Assembly: GCA_040285855.1 (NCBI GenBank)
Contig: JAUFOQ010000001.1
Location: 3,534,001 to 3,598,000, forward strand
Reading direction: 5' to 3'
Length of the DNA stretch: 64,000 nucleotides
From: Eukaryota sp. GEM-RC1
Taxonomy: Eukaryota
Part shown: positions 10,327 to 23,543 of the stretch, piece by piece
Layout: each line of letters starts with the position of its first letter
How positions within the stretch are numbered: the stretch's first letter is position 1
Position numbers and translations under genes: made by a program
The notes under the pieces: generated by a model
Told to the model about the DNA's origin: nothing
Database searches by the model: none
Seen by the model: only the letters and a program-made list of their open reading frames with translations

Positions 10327-13300
10327 TCAATCAAAACTAAAGAACCAAAGAAAAACGAACCTTCTGATCATAACAATTTGTTTCTCAATTTTCTTCTCTT
10401 GAACTTGCTGGACAGGAGATACACTTGCAATAGACTTGATCGGCAAAACATTGCAATATTCAGACCTAGTAGAAGCAACACTAGACTCAAAATCAACGGA
10501 AAGAGAGGTCAAACGACGTGAAGCATCGGAGTGGACTGAAAGAAGTTCTTCATTTAAATAGGAGATGATAGCAGATTGGTTGTTAAGCAGGGTTGAAGTG
10601 GTGGTAAAGAATTCGTCGCTGATCCTCGGTTTGAAGTGACAGGTTTCCCAGATTTTAAGTCATTCATAATGGGTGAGTTCAACATAGTTTCTTCCAGCAG
10701 AGAGGTTAAACTTTCTTCAATGTAAGCAAAGCCATTTGTTGCTTGGATAGCAGTTTCAGCTGACCGTGTGACTTTTTCAATAGCAACTTGCAAACTCTTG
10801 ATTAATAGAGTTGATACTCTGTTCAACTGAGGCTCGACCTTCATCAAAGGGCAGCAATTTCTTTTTGTGTTGGTCATGGTCGCCTAGAATAGCACACGTT
10901 GAGCAAAGGGCAACGGAACCGAAGGTACAGAATAACTCTAATGACTTCATGCTGTGTTTGGGAACAATGTATGCATGCTTTTTTTAATGGAACATCAACA
11001 CGAGATCGAAGCAATTTGGGACGATGCTTAGGGTGGAAGCAATCGTTTTGAGCAATGTCTTCGCTGAATCAATCTAGTGACTTCTTGTCTAACTAGACTC
11101 AAAATCCACAGAAAGAGAGGTCAAACGACGTGAAGCATCGGAGTGGACTGAAAGAAGTTCTTCATTTAAATAGGAGATGATAGCAGATTGGTTGTTAAGC
11201 AGGGTTGAAGTGGTGGTAAAGAATTCTTCGCTGATCCTCGGTTTGAAGTGACAGGTTTCCCAGATTTTAAGTCATTCATAATGGGTGAGTTCAACATAGT
11301 TTCTTCCAGCAGAGAGGTTAAACTTTCTTCAATGTAAGCAAAGCCATTTGTTGCTTGTTGGATAGCAGTTTCAGCTGACTATGTGACTTTTTCAATAGCA
11401 ACTTGCAAACTCTTGATTAATAGAGTTGATACTCTGTTCAACTGAGGCTCGACCTTCATCAAAGGGCAGCAACTTCTTCTTGTGTTGGTCATGGTCGCCT
11501 AGAATAGCACACGTTGAGCAAAGGGCAACGGAACCGAAGGTACAGAATAACTCTAATGACTTCATGCTGTGTTTGGGAACAATGTATGCATGCTTTTTTT
11601 AATGGAACATCAACACGAGATCGAAGCAATTTGGGACGATGCTTAGGGTGGAAGCAATCGTTTTGAGCAATGTCTTCGCTGAATCAATCTAGTGACTTCT
11701 TGTCTAACTAGACTCAAAATCCACAGAAAGAGAGGTCAAACGACGTGAAGCATCGGAGTGGACTGAAAGAAATTCTTCATTTAAATAGGAGATGATAGCA
11801 GATTGGTTGTTAAGCAGGGTTGAAGTGGTGGTAAAGAATTCTTCGCTGATCCTCGGTTTGAAGTGACAGGTTTCCCAGATTTCAAGTCATTCATAATGGG
11901 TGAGTTCAACATAGTTTCTTCCAGCAGAGAGGTTAAACTTTCTTCAATGTAAGCAAAGCCATTTGTTGCTTGTTGGATAGCAGTTTCAGCTGACTATGTG
12001 ACTTTTTCAATAGCAACTTGCAAACTCTTGATTAATAGAGTTGATACTCTGTTCAACTGAGGCTCGACCTTCATCAAAGGGCAGCAACTTCTTCTTGTGT
12101 TGGTCATGGTCGCCTAGAATAGCACACGTTGAACAAAGTGCAACGGAACAGAAGATACAGAATAACTCTAATGACTTCATGCTGTGTTTGGGAACAATGT
12201 ACGCATGCTTGTTTTTAATGGAACATCAACACGAGATCGAAGCAATTTGGGACGTTGCTTAGGGTGGAAGCAAATGTTTTGAGCAATGTCTTCGCTGAAC
12301 CAATCTAGTCACTTCTTGTCTAACTAGACTCAAAATCCACAGAAAGAGAGGTCAAACGACGTGAAGCATCGGAGTGGACTGAAAGAAATTCTTCATTTAA
12401 ATAGGAGATGATAGCAGATTGGTTGTTAAGCAGGGTTGAAGTGGTGGTAAAGAATTCTTCGCTGATCCTCGGTTTGAAGTGACAGGTTTCCCAGATTTCA
12501 AGTCATTCATAATGGGTGAGTTCAACATAGTTTCTTCCAGCAGAGAGGTTAAACTTTCTTCAATGTAAGCAAAGCCATTTGTTGCTTGTTGGATAGCAGT
12601 TTCAGCTGACTATGTGACTTTTTCAATAGCAACTTGCAAACTCTTGATTAATAGAGTTGATACTCTGTTCAACTGAGGCTCGACCTTCATCAAAGGGCAG
12701 CAACTTCTTCTTGTGTTGGTCATGGTCGCCTAGAATAGCACACGTTGAACAAAGTGCAACGGAACAGAAGATACAGAATAACTCTAATGACTTCATGCTG
12801 TGTTTGGGAACAATGTACGCATGCTTGTTTTTAATGGAACATCAACACGAGATCGAAGCAATTTGGGACGTTGCTTAGGGTGGAAGCAAATGTTTTGAGC
12901 AATGTCTTCGCTGAACCAATCTAGTCACTTCTTGTCTAACTAGACTCAAAATCCACAGAAAGAGAGGTCAAACGACGTGAAGCATCGGAGTGGACTGACA
13001 GAAGTTCTTCATTTAAATAGGAGATGATAGCAGATTGGTTGTTAAGCAGGGTTGAAGTGGTGGTAAAGAATTCTTCGCTGATCCTCGGTTTGAAGTGACA
13101 GGTTTCCCAGATTTTAAGTCATTCATAATGGGTGAGTTCAACATAGTTTCTTCTAGCAGAGAGGTTAAACTTTCTTCAATGTAAGTAAAACCATTTGTTG
13201 CTTGGATAGCAGTTTCAGCTGACCGTGTGACTTTTTCAATAGCAACTTGCAAACTCTTGATTAATAGAGTTGATACTCTGTTCAACTGAGGCTCGACCTT

Positions 13301-14200
13301 CATCAAAGGGCAGCAATTTCTTTTTGTGTTGGTCATGGTCGCCTAGAATAGCACACGTTGAGCAAAGGGCAACGGAACCGAAGATACAGAATAACTCTAA
13401 TGACTTCATGCTGTGTTTGGGAACAATGTATGCATGCTTCTTTTAATGGAACATCAACACGAGATCGAAGCAATTTGGGACGATGCTTAGGGTGGAAGCA
13501 ATCGTTTTGAGCAATGTCTTCGCTGAATCAATCTAGTGACTTCTTGTCTAACTAGACTCAAAATCCACAGAAAGAGAGGTCAAACGACGTGAAGCATCGG
13601 AGTGGACTGAAAGAAGTTCTTCATTTAAATAGGAGATGATAGCAGATTGGTTGTTAAGCAGGGTTGAAGTGGTGGTAAAGAATTCTTCGCTGATCCTCGG
13701 TTTGAAGTGACAGGTTTCCCAGATTTTAAGTCATTCATAATGGGTGAGTTCAACATAGTTTCTTCTAGCAGAGAGGTTAAACTTTCTTCAATGTAAGCAA
13801 AGCCATTTGTTGCTTGGATAGCAGTTTCAGCTGACTGTGTGACTTTTTCAATAGCAACTTGCAAACTCTTGATTAATAGAGTTGATACTCTGTTCAACTG
13901 AGGCTCGCTCGACCTTCATCAAAGGGCAGCAATTTCTTTTTGTGTTGGTCATGGTCGCCTAGAATAGCACACGTTGAGCAAAGGGCAACGGAACCGAAGA
14001 TACAGAATAACTCTAATGACTTCATGCTGTGTTTGGGAACAATGTATGCATGCTTCTTTTAATGGAACATCAACACGAGATCGAAGCAATTTGGGACGAT
14101 GCTTAGGGTGGAAGCAAATATTTCAAGCAATGTCTTCGCTGAACCAATCTAGTGACTTCTTGTCTAACTTGATTTATGTGTGTATTGATATAGGAGCATT
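10327..14200 (-). pseudogene. Broken TRIM-like (RING remnant, B-box, coiled coil) gene, internally amplified sixfold
   Basis: The minus strand of each unit reads (C)PKHSMKSLELFCxFxSVALCSTCAILGDHDQHKKKLLP (B-box) then a coiled coil. The outermost unit has DIA*NICFHPKHRPKLL (RING start). Confidence 0.75.
10481..14169. repeat. Tandem array of six ~612-616-bp units
   Basis: Unit starts (ctagactc) at 10481, 11093, 11708, 12324, 12940, 13552. Units are near-identical; ORFs 12041..12262 and 12657..12878 are identical. Confidence 0.97.
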
Positions 14201-14329
14201 TAGTTCTTTTGGTAGTTTTCAGAAAAATAATGTGATATAAAACGACTTTAATGTGGCAAGACATAAGACTTTTTCCGCAACAATAAATTATTACATACTG
14301 ATTCAGAAAATGACAGAAGTTAAATTTTA

Positions 14330-14820
14330 TACATCAACACTAGAATTGTCCGTATTCAATTTCGAATAAATGGAACATAATACTTAGGAGTGCTATACAT
14401 AAAGAGCGAACATAATTGGATTAATCCATACAGCGCTATTGAACGCCTTGCCATTAGAACGACATAAAAGACAAAAATCACTGAAAAACTTGAAACCGGC
14501 TTGATCAATTTTACCAAAAATTGAAATTGCAATAAGAACAAATGAAAACTTAGAATATAGCTTTTCATTAAGCTTGTGCAAAGCATCCGCATAATTTATT
14601 CTTCGATTCATCAAACACTTTCGCTGTTCAGCCTTTTCCAGATGACCTTTCGAATCATTTAATATGGAGTCTTGGTAGACTTTTGCAAACGGGTCAACTG
14701 TAGTCAAATCAACCACAACTTGAGATGAATCCAGGAAAGGAGCAATTAAGTTACCACGTCGAGAATCAAACACGTTATTGTCGCTATAATGTTTCAGAAG
14801 AGGTTCAATTTGACAACTAT
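14330..14820 (-). mobile_element. 5'-truncated CRE-like non-LTR fragment
   Basis: RRGNLIAPF..VVVDLTTVDP..LEKAEQRK..AISIFGKI. Confidence 0.75.
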
Positions 14821-15299
14821 AATTGTTATTTTAAATACTAGTTGTTTGTATTTCGTTAATTTATAACATAAAATTTACTTCTATTTTAGTTGTTTGGCTT
14901 TCGTTAATGTATAACAGAAAATCTTTTTTTAAAAAAAATAGTCAACCCATCTTACCTGAGGGTGTTCCTTTTCAGGGTGAGATTCTCCTACCAGCGTCTG
15001 CTTGCCTTCAGTTAGTACAATAGACGTGGTACGTTCTACTAAACATACATATCTCTTCTGCAGAGGAATGAACTTAGTTCTAAGTTTAAAACGTGGAGAA
15101 TCGAACAACTTAAAGTGTCTTTCATGTAGGCCCTGAAGTATTTAGAAAAAACAACTGCAAATTGTAGCTTGTATAAATTGTTTCAATTTTTAAAATGAAG
15201 GAAAAAAAACATGTTTTTATATTAGAATCAATTAATACAACTGATCACTACTTTTTTCGCAATATATTGAATCCTGATTAAGCTATTATCATATAAAAT

Positions 15300-18200
15300 C
15301 TAAGAATTTTGAAATATACTGTTATTACTTGATTATTCTTGTTATATTGAATGAACTTTCAGATTGATCCTAAGAAAACTCATCACACCTGATGACGTCA
15401 TTTCTAAAGTCACAAATTTTCCGTTCTTTAAATTGTTTCAAAATTTCATCAGACAAATCACATTCACTAAAGTCAACCTAGATCAGACAAAAGAGTGATG
15501 TCCTCAGGTAAAAAAAAGACACTGTCTTAGAATAAACCTTTTGATCTTAAAAGACTGAAGAAAACACATCAAGGATGAAATTTGTTCACTAGATATTTGT
15601 GTAACAGTTTCTGGAGAAAAACAAAAAACACCTTGTTCAACGTTAATAAAGTGAGGTGAAAGATCTAAATCTAGAATTGATTTGTTGATAGAAATAATTT
15701 CAAATAAAGTGATAAGTCCTTGAATACTTAAGCTTTTGAGCAAACAACAATCAACACGTTGAACAGGGACTTTGGACTTTAAAATATGTAAAAGTGAACT
15801 CAAATCTGAATCTTCAATCTTATTTTCAAATCGGATATAACCAAGAGAAACGTCAATTATATGCGGGAAAATATCAATATTTAGTGTTAGCTTGTTAGAA
15901 GAAACCAAATGAAAAATAGTTAAAACACTATTAAATCCAATTGAACTATTACTAAGATTGACTTTTTTAACATGATGATTGGGTTGAATTGCATTGATTA
16001 ATTTGTGATAAAGGTGATCAAATTGATTGTAGCAAAAGAAGAAGGCATCTGACAACTGGTCATTGGAGAAAAAATAGGAATTTTGTTCAGACATTCTGAT
16101 AAAACTGAAGTCTACTGAAGTCAATGAATCATTGGTTGTTATTAAATTACACAAAGCATTGATTGCATTCTCGCTAAAACGACATTTGTGAAGAGCAAGT
16201 TCTTTAATTTTAAAAGATTTAAATAAACACTGGAGAGATGAGATTTCCTCTGTTGTTATTTGGGTAAACCATTGAGGAGAAAATGAAAAAACGCCATTTT
16301 CAACACTTATAAAATGAGGATTAAGATCAAGATCTAGAATTGATTTGTTAATGGAACAAATTTCTGATACAACAATAAGTTCTCTAAGAGTCAGACTTTT
16401 CAATCCACTACATTCAACACGTTTCATAGGAACATTGGATTTTAAAATTTTTAAAAGTGATAACAAATCATCACTGTTGATCTCGTTTTCATAACAAATT
16501 ATACCAAGCGCAACATCAATGGAATGAGGTAAAACTTGGACATTTGGTGTTATTTGACAACTGGAAACTAGTTCAAAAACAGTTAGTAAACTATTAAATC
16601 CAATGGAGTTATTACTGAGATTAATTCTTTCCAAACCAGTGTTAGTCTGAATCGAACCAAATAGTTTCCAGAAATCTGCCTCTGATAGCTCACTATGACA
16701 AGAAGTAAATGTAGGATATGAGTCTTGTTTGGTCTTTTCAATAAAGCTCAAGTCAACAGAAGTCAACGAACTACTGAAACTGATAGAATCAGTCAAAAGG
16801 GTGAGTGTTTCATCGGTCAATATACATCTTTTTAAAGTAAGTTCCTTAATACTAAAATCAGTCAAAAAACTCTTTAAAGAAGAGAGTTCTGTTGGAGATA
16901 GTTGTATTGAAGATTCTGGTTCAAAACTAAAAACACCTTTTTCAACGTCAATGAGATGAGGGGAAATGTCAAGATCCAACAGTGAATTGTTGATGGAAAT
17001 GATTTCAAATACGGCCATAAGTCCTTCTAGATTCAATAAACTTCCGTTAATGTGGTTCAATGCCATACATTCAACACGCTTCACAGGAAGGTTTAACTTT
17101 ACGGCTTTGAGCAGTGAAATTAAATCAATACTTTCAACATCATTTCGATATCTAATTAAGCCAAGGGACGTATCAATTAGATGAGGACAAATTTGAATAT
17201 TTGGTGTTAATTGGTTTGATAAAATCAACTCAAAAACAGTTAAAAGTCCATTAAGACCAATGCAGTTACTACTGAGATTGATTGTCTTTAATCGAGTATT
17301 GGCCTGAATTGTACTGATTAACTGTAGAAAATCGTCATCAGATAGCTGATTGGAACTGATGACATCACCAATACAATAAAATGAATTTTCATTCGACTTT
17401 CCAATGAAACTAAAGTCAACAGAAGTCAACAAAGTATTGCTCCTAATCAAATCACTCAACAAAGTGATTGCATCAGTTGAAAAGAGACATCTCATAAGAG
17501 TAAGCTTTTTAATAGAAAACGAATTCAAAACACTCTTCAAAGATGATACTTGCTTTACAGTTATTTGAGTAGAACTTTCTGGTGAAAAATCAAAAACACC
17601 GTTTTCAACATCAATAAGATGAGGAGAAACATCAACATTAATAACTGATTTGTTAATTGATAGAATTTGAAATAGAATCATGAGCCCTTCGAGACTGGGA
17701 GTTTCCAATCCAAGACAATCAACACGTTTAATAGGAGTGTTTGATTTTAAAGCATCCAAAAGTAAAGTTAAGTCACTTGTATCTAGAATGTTATAATAAC
17801 AAATTAAACCAAGAGGAACATCCACGGCATGAGGACAAATTTTGATATTCTGTGTTAATTTTTCAGTGGACATTAGTTCGAAGAGAGTCAATAGAGTTTT
17901 AAACCCAATTGAACTATTACTAAGATTTACATTCTTTAGCGTGGAGTTTACTTGAAGTGCTTCAAATATTTTTGAGAAATCGTCTTCAGTAAAGTTACTG
18001 AAAGAAAGTTTGTCAGCAGATCCACAAAAAGATCATCATCAGACAGACAACAATCACTGACATCAACTGAAATCAAAAATTGATTGTCCCTGATTAAATC
18101 CCACAGAGAAGTGATTTCTTCTTCTGAAAAACTTACCCCTTTTAGAGTAAGCTGAGTGATTTTGAAACGATTCAACAAAGACTTTAAAGATGACACTTCA

Positions 18201-19518
18201 TAACTAGTGATCTGAACATTTAAACTTGGTCGAAAACGAAACACGTGGTTTTCAATGTCAATAAAATGTGGTGAAATATTTAAATTTGTCCTTAGCTTTA
18301 AAGAATACATATGATCACAAATTGCCATTAATGAAGTCAAATTCAAGTCGGGAAAGATAACTGTTTTCAGAACTTTACCATCTTCAAGAGCAATCATAAT
18401 ATCTTTCAAGTATCGAAAATGACGACCAAAATTTTCAATAGTTAAACTTAGTAAATTTTGATTTTTGACAATCATTTCCACTAATGATTGGAGTACCCGA
18501 CGGTTTGAAATTCCTTGAAAAACCAATTCTGATATGTAAGTATTTCAAGAGACTGGAATACTGAGTGGTCATAATCACAATCAAAATCACAAAGAGGGGG
18601 TAACTTAAGCATTCTGAGACTAGAAATATTTAAAAGTGGTAAGAGAACATTCGAATTTTCGCTTTTGAGACGTGATAAATCAATTGCTTCAACTACTGAT
18701 TGCAAATTCCTTGAAAGCGCAGTGAACATAACTAAATATTGTTCATCACTAAGTCCAGTTCTTTGATTGGTACTCAAAGAAATTGTTTTCAAGGTGTTAT
18801 TTGATGAATAAACTTCCACAAGAGCAACAACTTCAGAAAAAGAAAGATGATTAAATTGAAGATGGAATACGCTGACAACAGTATTCATCTTAAGAGATTT
18901 GCAAAAGGAAGTAAATGAATCATGATGCCGCTTCACAGTAACGTCAAGAACTCGAAGATGGGGAAGGAAATGATAAGAAAAATTGTCAAGTAGTTCATGT
19001 AAAAAATGGAATTCTTCTGATTTTAAATGACTTATAATTGAAGTCAGTTCAGAAATGTGTTCAACTTCAAATGATTGGTCAACTTCCAAGACAACAGACT
19101 GGATCTCCGCTCCAAAGACAGAAGTGATGGAGGGAATCAATGGAAGATCATCACAATTCATGGGGAAAGTGTTGGTCTCAAAGAAAACCTTCAGTGCCGG
19201 GAAAGCAGACTCAAAGAAGCGTCGACTCACATAGCCAACGTTTTTAAAGAAGGAGGGAAGTTCTTTGATGACAGATAAGAGAGAGTGACGGTGCTTTCTC
19301 TTAAGTGAAGACATTAAGAGTCGCCTGAGGTAATGAGAGTGTATCAGTACCAGCAAGGACTGTTGGAAGTAGAGATGAGTGGAGGATGACTGATTGGATT
19401 TCAGGGCTGAATGGGAGATTGTCAAAGGGGAGGATCGATGTCGGTTGCAGGACTTATCATCAGAGCCTGATGGAGGGTTGTGAGAGGACGGAAAATCTGT
19501 AAGCAGAAAATCGGTCAT
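15300..19518 (-). CDS. Large leucine-rich-repeat protein with four ~215-220-aa super-repeats (frameshifts near 18545, 18030 and 15510; 3' end approximate)
   Basis: Recurring INLSxNxIG..PHxIDVxxG..SINKS.LDLDxSPH..LTSVDxS units. The ORFs join at homopolymer runs. Confidence 0.8.
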
Positions 19519-19749
19519 CGAAAATACAAAGTTGTCGAATTGAGGAAAGTTTTTGTGCAATTTTCTGTCTCACAGATCAAACTAATTTTGGTGATATTCT
19601 GAATGTAGTAATTCTTGTACAATACAACAAATAGAGAACTACCAGTCCATGTTCTCTGTCAAAATCTCTCTTACTTATAGACAAGAAAGCATGAATCTTC
19701 TCCATGTAATAATCGCCGAGAGAAATAAGACATCTTTTCAGTATCAGAG

Positions 19750-19960
19750 GAATATCCTGGAAAACAGAAGAAACCTATATGTGAGTTCAATGACTTTGTT
19801 TGAAAGACTGTTTGCAATGCGCTTTCACCATGTCGCCAATTTCATGTAACAATTTCATGGCTTTGGGACCAAACAGGTCAACAAAAAATGCAAAGGAACA
19901 TTTAATTTATGAAAGTTGCTTGATTTACAAACCTCAAAATTTTGGATTTGTCAGATTCAA
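19750..19960 (-). mobile_element. Short CRE-like RLE C-terminal remnant
   Basis: SFAFFVDLFGPKAMKLLHEIGDMVK resembles PFAVSIYGRLGKCALNFLNDFGKIVK. Confidence 0.5.
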
Positions 19961-20644
19961 CCTAGACCAAATGCTACTTTTTACTATTCACAGCAAATAA
20001 TCACTAGAAAGTTTACAAGAAGCAGTGCAAATTACTTTTACACTGTGGATATAATCGACCAAACCACAGTAGAGATGAGTGGATTTCGGACCAGACCAGA
20101 GAAGAGCTCAGTGGACTAAATACCGAAGTTTAGAGGTCTGCAGTTTGGTCTTTTGCCCATCTCAACTCCAAGGAAACACATCCGAAACGTCAATAAATGT
20201 TTCCAAAACTTGCTGATTACCGTTAATTTCTTGAAAAGTATGTTCCGTTTATTGTAATTTAATGGTCTTTATATGAATGTTATCCATAAAAGTGGATATA
20301 TAGTAGCAAACCGCTAAAACGAAAACAATGACAGCATAACTGTAGTTTGTGATGCAATTTTCTCTGAAAAATTTGAGAACATTTGGAAGTACAATCCATA
20401 ACAACATGTATATCACCTGCACATACAACAAAGAACTTGTAAAAAGAAATTATACCAGTTAACCGGAATTTTTTCGAAGAGAGAGAGAGTGTGTTGGTGG
20501 AGAAAAATTGAGATGTAGAACCATAAAATGACGTTTCGGAAACGTGATTTTGGAATTGAAACGCGTTTCGCCAAGAACTGTCATACGCCTCATGCAACAG
20601 TAGAAATTAGTCTGGAGTTGACTATTCTATGTACTACTTCTGTA

Positions 20645-21150
20645 TTTTGATATCATTGAAACAACATCCATCACTATCAAATAATACAATAGGATAAACC
20701 TCATGAAAGCTACTCACAGCTAGGATCGCTTTGGAGATGATTAGGGGAATTTTTTTTATAAAGGTAATAACGTTGCGATTCAACCATAACAGATGATCAA
20801 AGCATTTCTTCGTCCTTCTTTTTTTCGCTTTTCCTGAAATCACCAGAAAATTTAAAATGTGTGTTTCTGAAATGACCGTAAACTGAAACAAGAAAAAAGC
20901 AGAATTCGTACTAAACTTGTTTTTAAAGAAAAATATTGTATTTGAAATCAGCAACTGGTTTTTACTGCCAATGGTTATTCTACTTTAAAGGGTAAGTTTT
21001 GACATTGGACACTCTTTAAGTAGATTATTTCGCAAACAATTACAGACACTGACGACGTACAATTTGTCTAATAATGAAGTGACAATAATTATTATTTTTA
21101 CTGGGCAACGCAAGTCAGTAAACACAGTAAGTAAACATACTTCCAGCAAT
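20645..21150 (-). mobile_element. CRE-like non-LTR 3' fragment, same family as 27110-28130
   Basis: FDHLLWLN..PLIISKAILAVSSF..FDSDGCCFNDIK is nearly identical to the ORF at 27830..28090. Confidence 0.85.
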
Positions 21151-21611
21151 ACGGTTCTAGTAATCATGTTATAATGAGTAGTTACTATATAAGTCTCTTT
21201 CCCGCGTTTTTAACAAAGAGAAAACTACCTGCAGATAAGCTACTTGTCGGTAATTACTGTTGTCTGCTTTTCGGCGATAAAATATCTACTAACTTGAATT
21301 TAATGGAATTTTGATGTTTCTGATCCGATTCGCTATACACTTAACAATTCTGCTTGAACGTCGCTACGATTCAAGTCTAAAACAACATCAAGGGTGTCCT
21401 TCAATCACATATTTGACAAGTTTTTGATGGACAAAGAGTTGCTGTTGGCGAAAGTTCTGATTTTGAAAATCGATCTTCATTAGAGGGCTTCGAAGATAAA
21501 GATGCTTTAAATAGTACAGTATCTGAAGATGACTGTGAATTATTGTAAAACCATCTACTACTACTGTAGTAGTATTTTAAACATTTATCTTTAAATACAA
21601 CATCCATCTAA

Positions 21612-22097
21612 CTAGAAGAAATCAACCTTGCTTCCAAGCATTCTTGATACTTCCGCCTTACTACTCTGTCCGAAGAAATTTTGGCCCAATGCCAATCTTG
21701 TCACCGAGGAATGTTCTTTCAATGCATCTCCAAGAGCAAGAATGCCTTCGTCTTTGATCTGGTTGAAGCTCAAATCAACTTCTGTGATTCCGCTGTGGTT
21801 TTTTAAACCTTCGGCCAGAGCAACAGCACCTTCACATCCAATCTTGTTGCCACTCAATTCGAGATGTTTGATATGGGCTCCGTGTTTCAATGCAGCTGCT
21901 AGACCAACAGCTCCCTCATTGCCAATCTTGTTATCATTAAGATGAAGCCTTGCAATCCCAGGGCTATTTTGAAAAGCTTTAGCGATAGCAATTGCTCCAT
22001 TGTCATCAACATTGGAGATTCGCAAGAACTGTGTTGATCCTCGTTCAATCTGGTCCAGTTTGCTGGTCACAGATCTCGAGACTTTGCTCATGTCCAC
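21612..22097 (-). CDS. Small RI-like LRR protein; first true ATG probably encodes MSKVS
   Basis: Four 28-aa repeats LxLxxNKIGxEGAVxLAxAL. Confidence 0.85.
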   Translation of the reverse strand: MDMSKVSRSVTSKLDQIERGSTQFLRISNVDDNGAIAIAKAFQNSPGIARLHLNDNKIGNEGAVGLAAALKHGAHIKHLELSGNKIGCEGAVALAEGLKNHSGITEVDLSFNQIKDEGILALGDALKEHSSVTRLALGQNFFGQSSKAEVSRMLGSKVDFF

Positions 22098-22632
22098 ATT
22101 AAGTTCATCAAGGGAAGGAAGAGGTGCTGGGATGAGATGCTTTCATTGATCAAACTCATTTTCGGAAACTTATTGAAGAGAATTCTTCTCTGTCAGTCCC
22201 TGTAAGACCAGTATATCTTCGGAAATGTATTGTAATGAATATATTCTGATTTCGAAGTTGATCTTGTTCCCTTTCTTAAGACATCTCCTTATCTCAACAA
22301 CTTTTGAGATTGTGTTACAATACATCTTATCAATGTGGGGAGAAATGAACAATGTATGTAAGCGTTGTTTCGTTCAATGCACAGATGTTTCAATTCAATT
22401 TTAGGTAAGTTGTTCAGTGATGGACAGAAGAATCATAGTTGAGAGACTTTGGTTAGTGTCTATTAGTTATTCACTTCTGCAAATGCATTTATTTCACTGA
22501 TTTATCATAAACCCCGTTTTTTTGTCTAGAATTTATTACTACTAAACTATTAATGTGAGGTATCTCCACCAAAGAACTGCATCATGTGAATAATCCTGTG
22601 AGTGACTGGATAAATTGCTCATGAGTTTGCAA

Positions 22633-23431
22633 TAGGAATGTTAAATAGTTCAGTTCAGTTCAGTTCAAAAAAGTGTGAACTGAACTGAACTAGTTCATTG
22701 ACTACCATGAACTGAACTGAACTATACAAACTGAAGCAATTAAACCATTGTTTCCACAATAATGTACCTAAGATCAAATCAACAAGTCATCAACAAGTAC
22801 ATATAGTACTCAATCGTTGCAAAATTTAATAAAGCATCATGTGAAAAACATACTCTAATTAGACATCAGTAATTAACCACGAGTGCAAGCAAACAAGCGA
22901 TTGGATTGAATCATCACTTAACCGGGGTCTTTTTTACATGCAATCATTCCTGCAAGTGAAAACAAAGGCTCAGACGCAACACTATTGGCTTGAATTGTTG
23001 CATTTCTCCAAAATAGCGTTGACAATCTAGGGTATGCGTTGTGATTTAAGGTCCAATAGTGTAAAGGACTGGATGAAACATCACAAGCAGCTTCTGTGGT
23101 ATTTGTTAAAGTCCACAAACACTTGCTTTCGACGACCTTCTTCTTCCGCTTCCGAGTTCTTTGCTGTAAATTTACCGTTAAGAAAGGCAAATTTACCTAA
23201 GAAAAAAGCCAATATTTGATCTTTAAACACTTGCGTTCCTACATGGCTTTATGTTGAACATTTCATAACACTATTGGGATACTTCATCCTAAGTTCCTTA
23301 TGTGTGGTAAAAAGTGTATTAATGTAGTAATAACAAATGCAATAAAATGTTGGTTCATTTAGTTCAGTTCAGTTCATGGAGGTGTGAACTGAACTGAACT
23401 AGTTCATGAACTGACATAATTAACATTCCTA
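22633..23431. mobile_element. Non-autonomous hAT DNA transposon
   Basis: TIR taggaatgttaa/ttaacattccta; 8-bp TSD GTTTGCAA (22625-32, 23432-39); (agttc)n subterminal repeats; minus-strand hAT dimerization remnant PLHYW..YPRLS..ANSVASEPLFSLAG. Confidence 0.95.
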
Positions 23432-23543
23432 GTTTGCAAATACAGAACTAAATCAATTTGTCGTCTTGTCACCCTCTTGTCAATCTGTCAACAACTTCTA
23501 TGACATGTAATTGATGCACACCTATTCTTTCTGAAGATATCTT

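Noticed and set aside
10481..14169. CRISPR-like array
   Set aside because: Whole ~614-bp units repeat with no unique spacers; eukaryotic context; no cas genes.
14949..14990. U1 snRNA (CTTACCTG 5' motif)
   Set aside because: No GATCACGAAG (U1-70K) loop, ATTGCAC (U1A) loop or Sm site, and the motif is buried in a stem.
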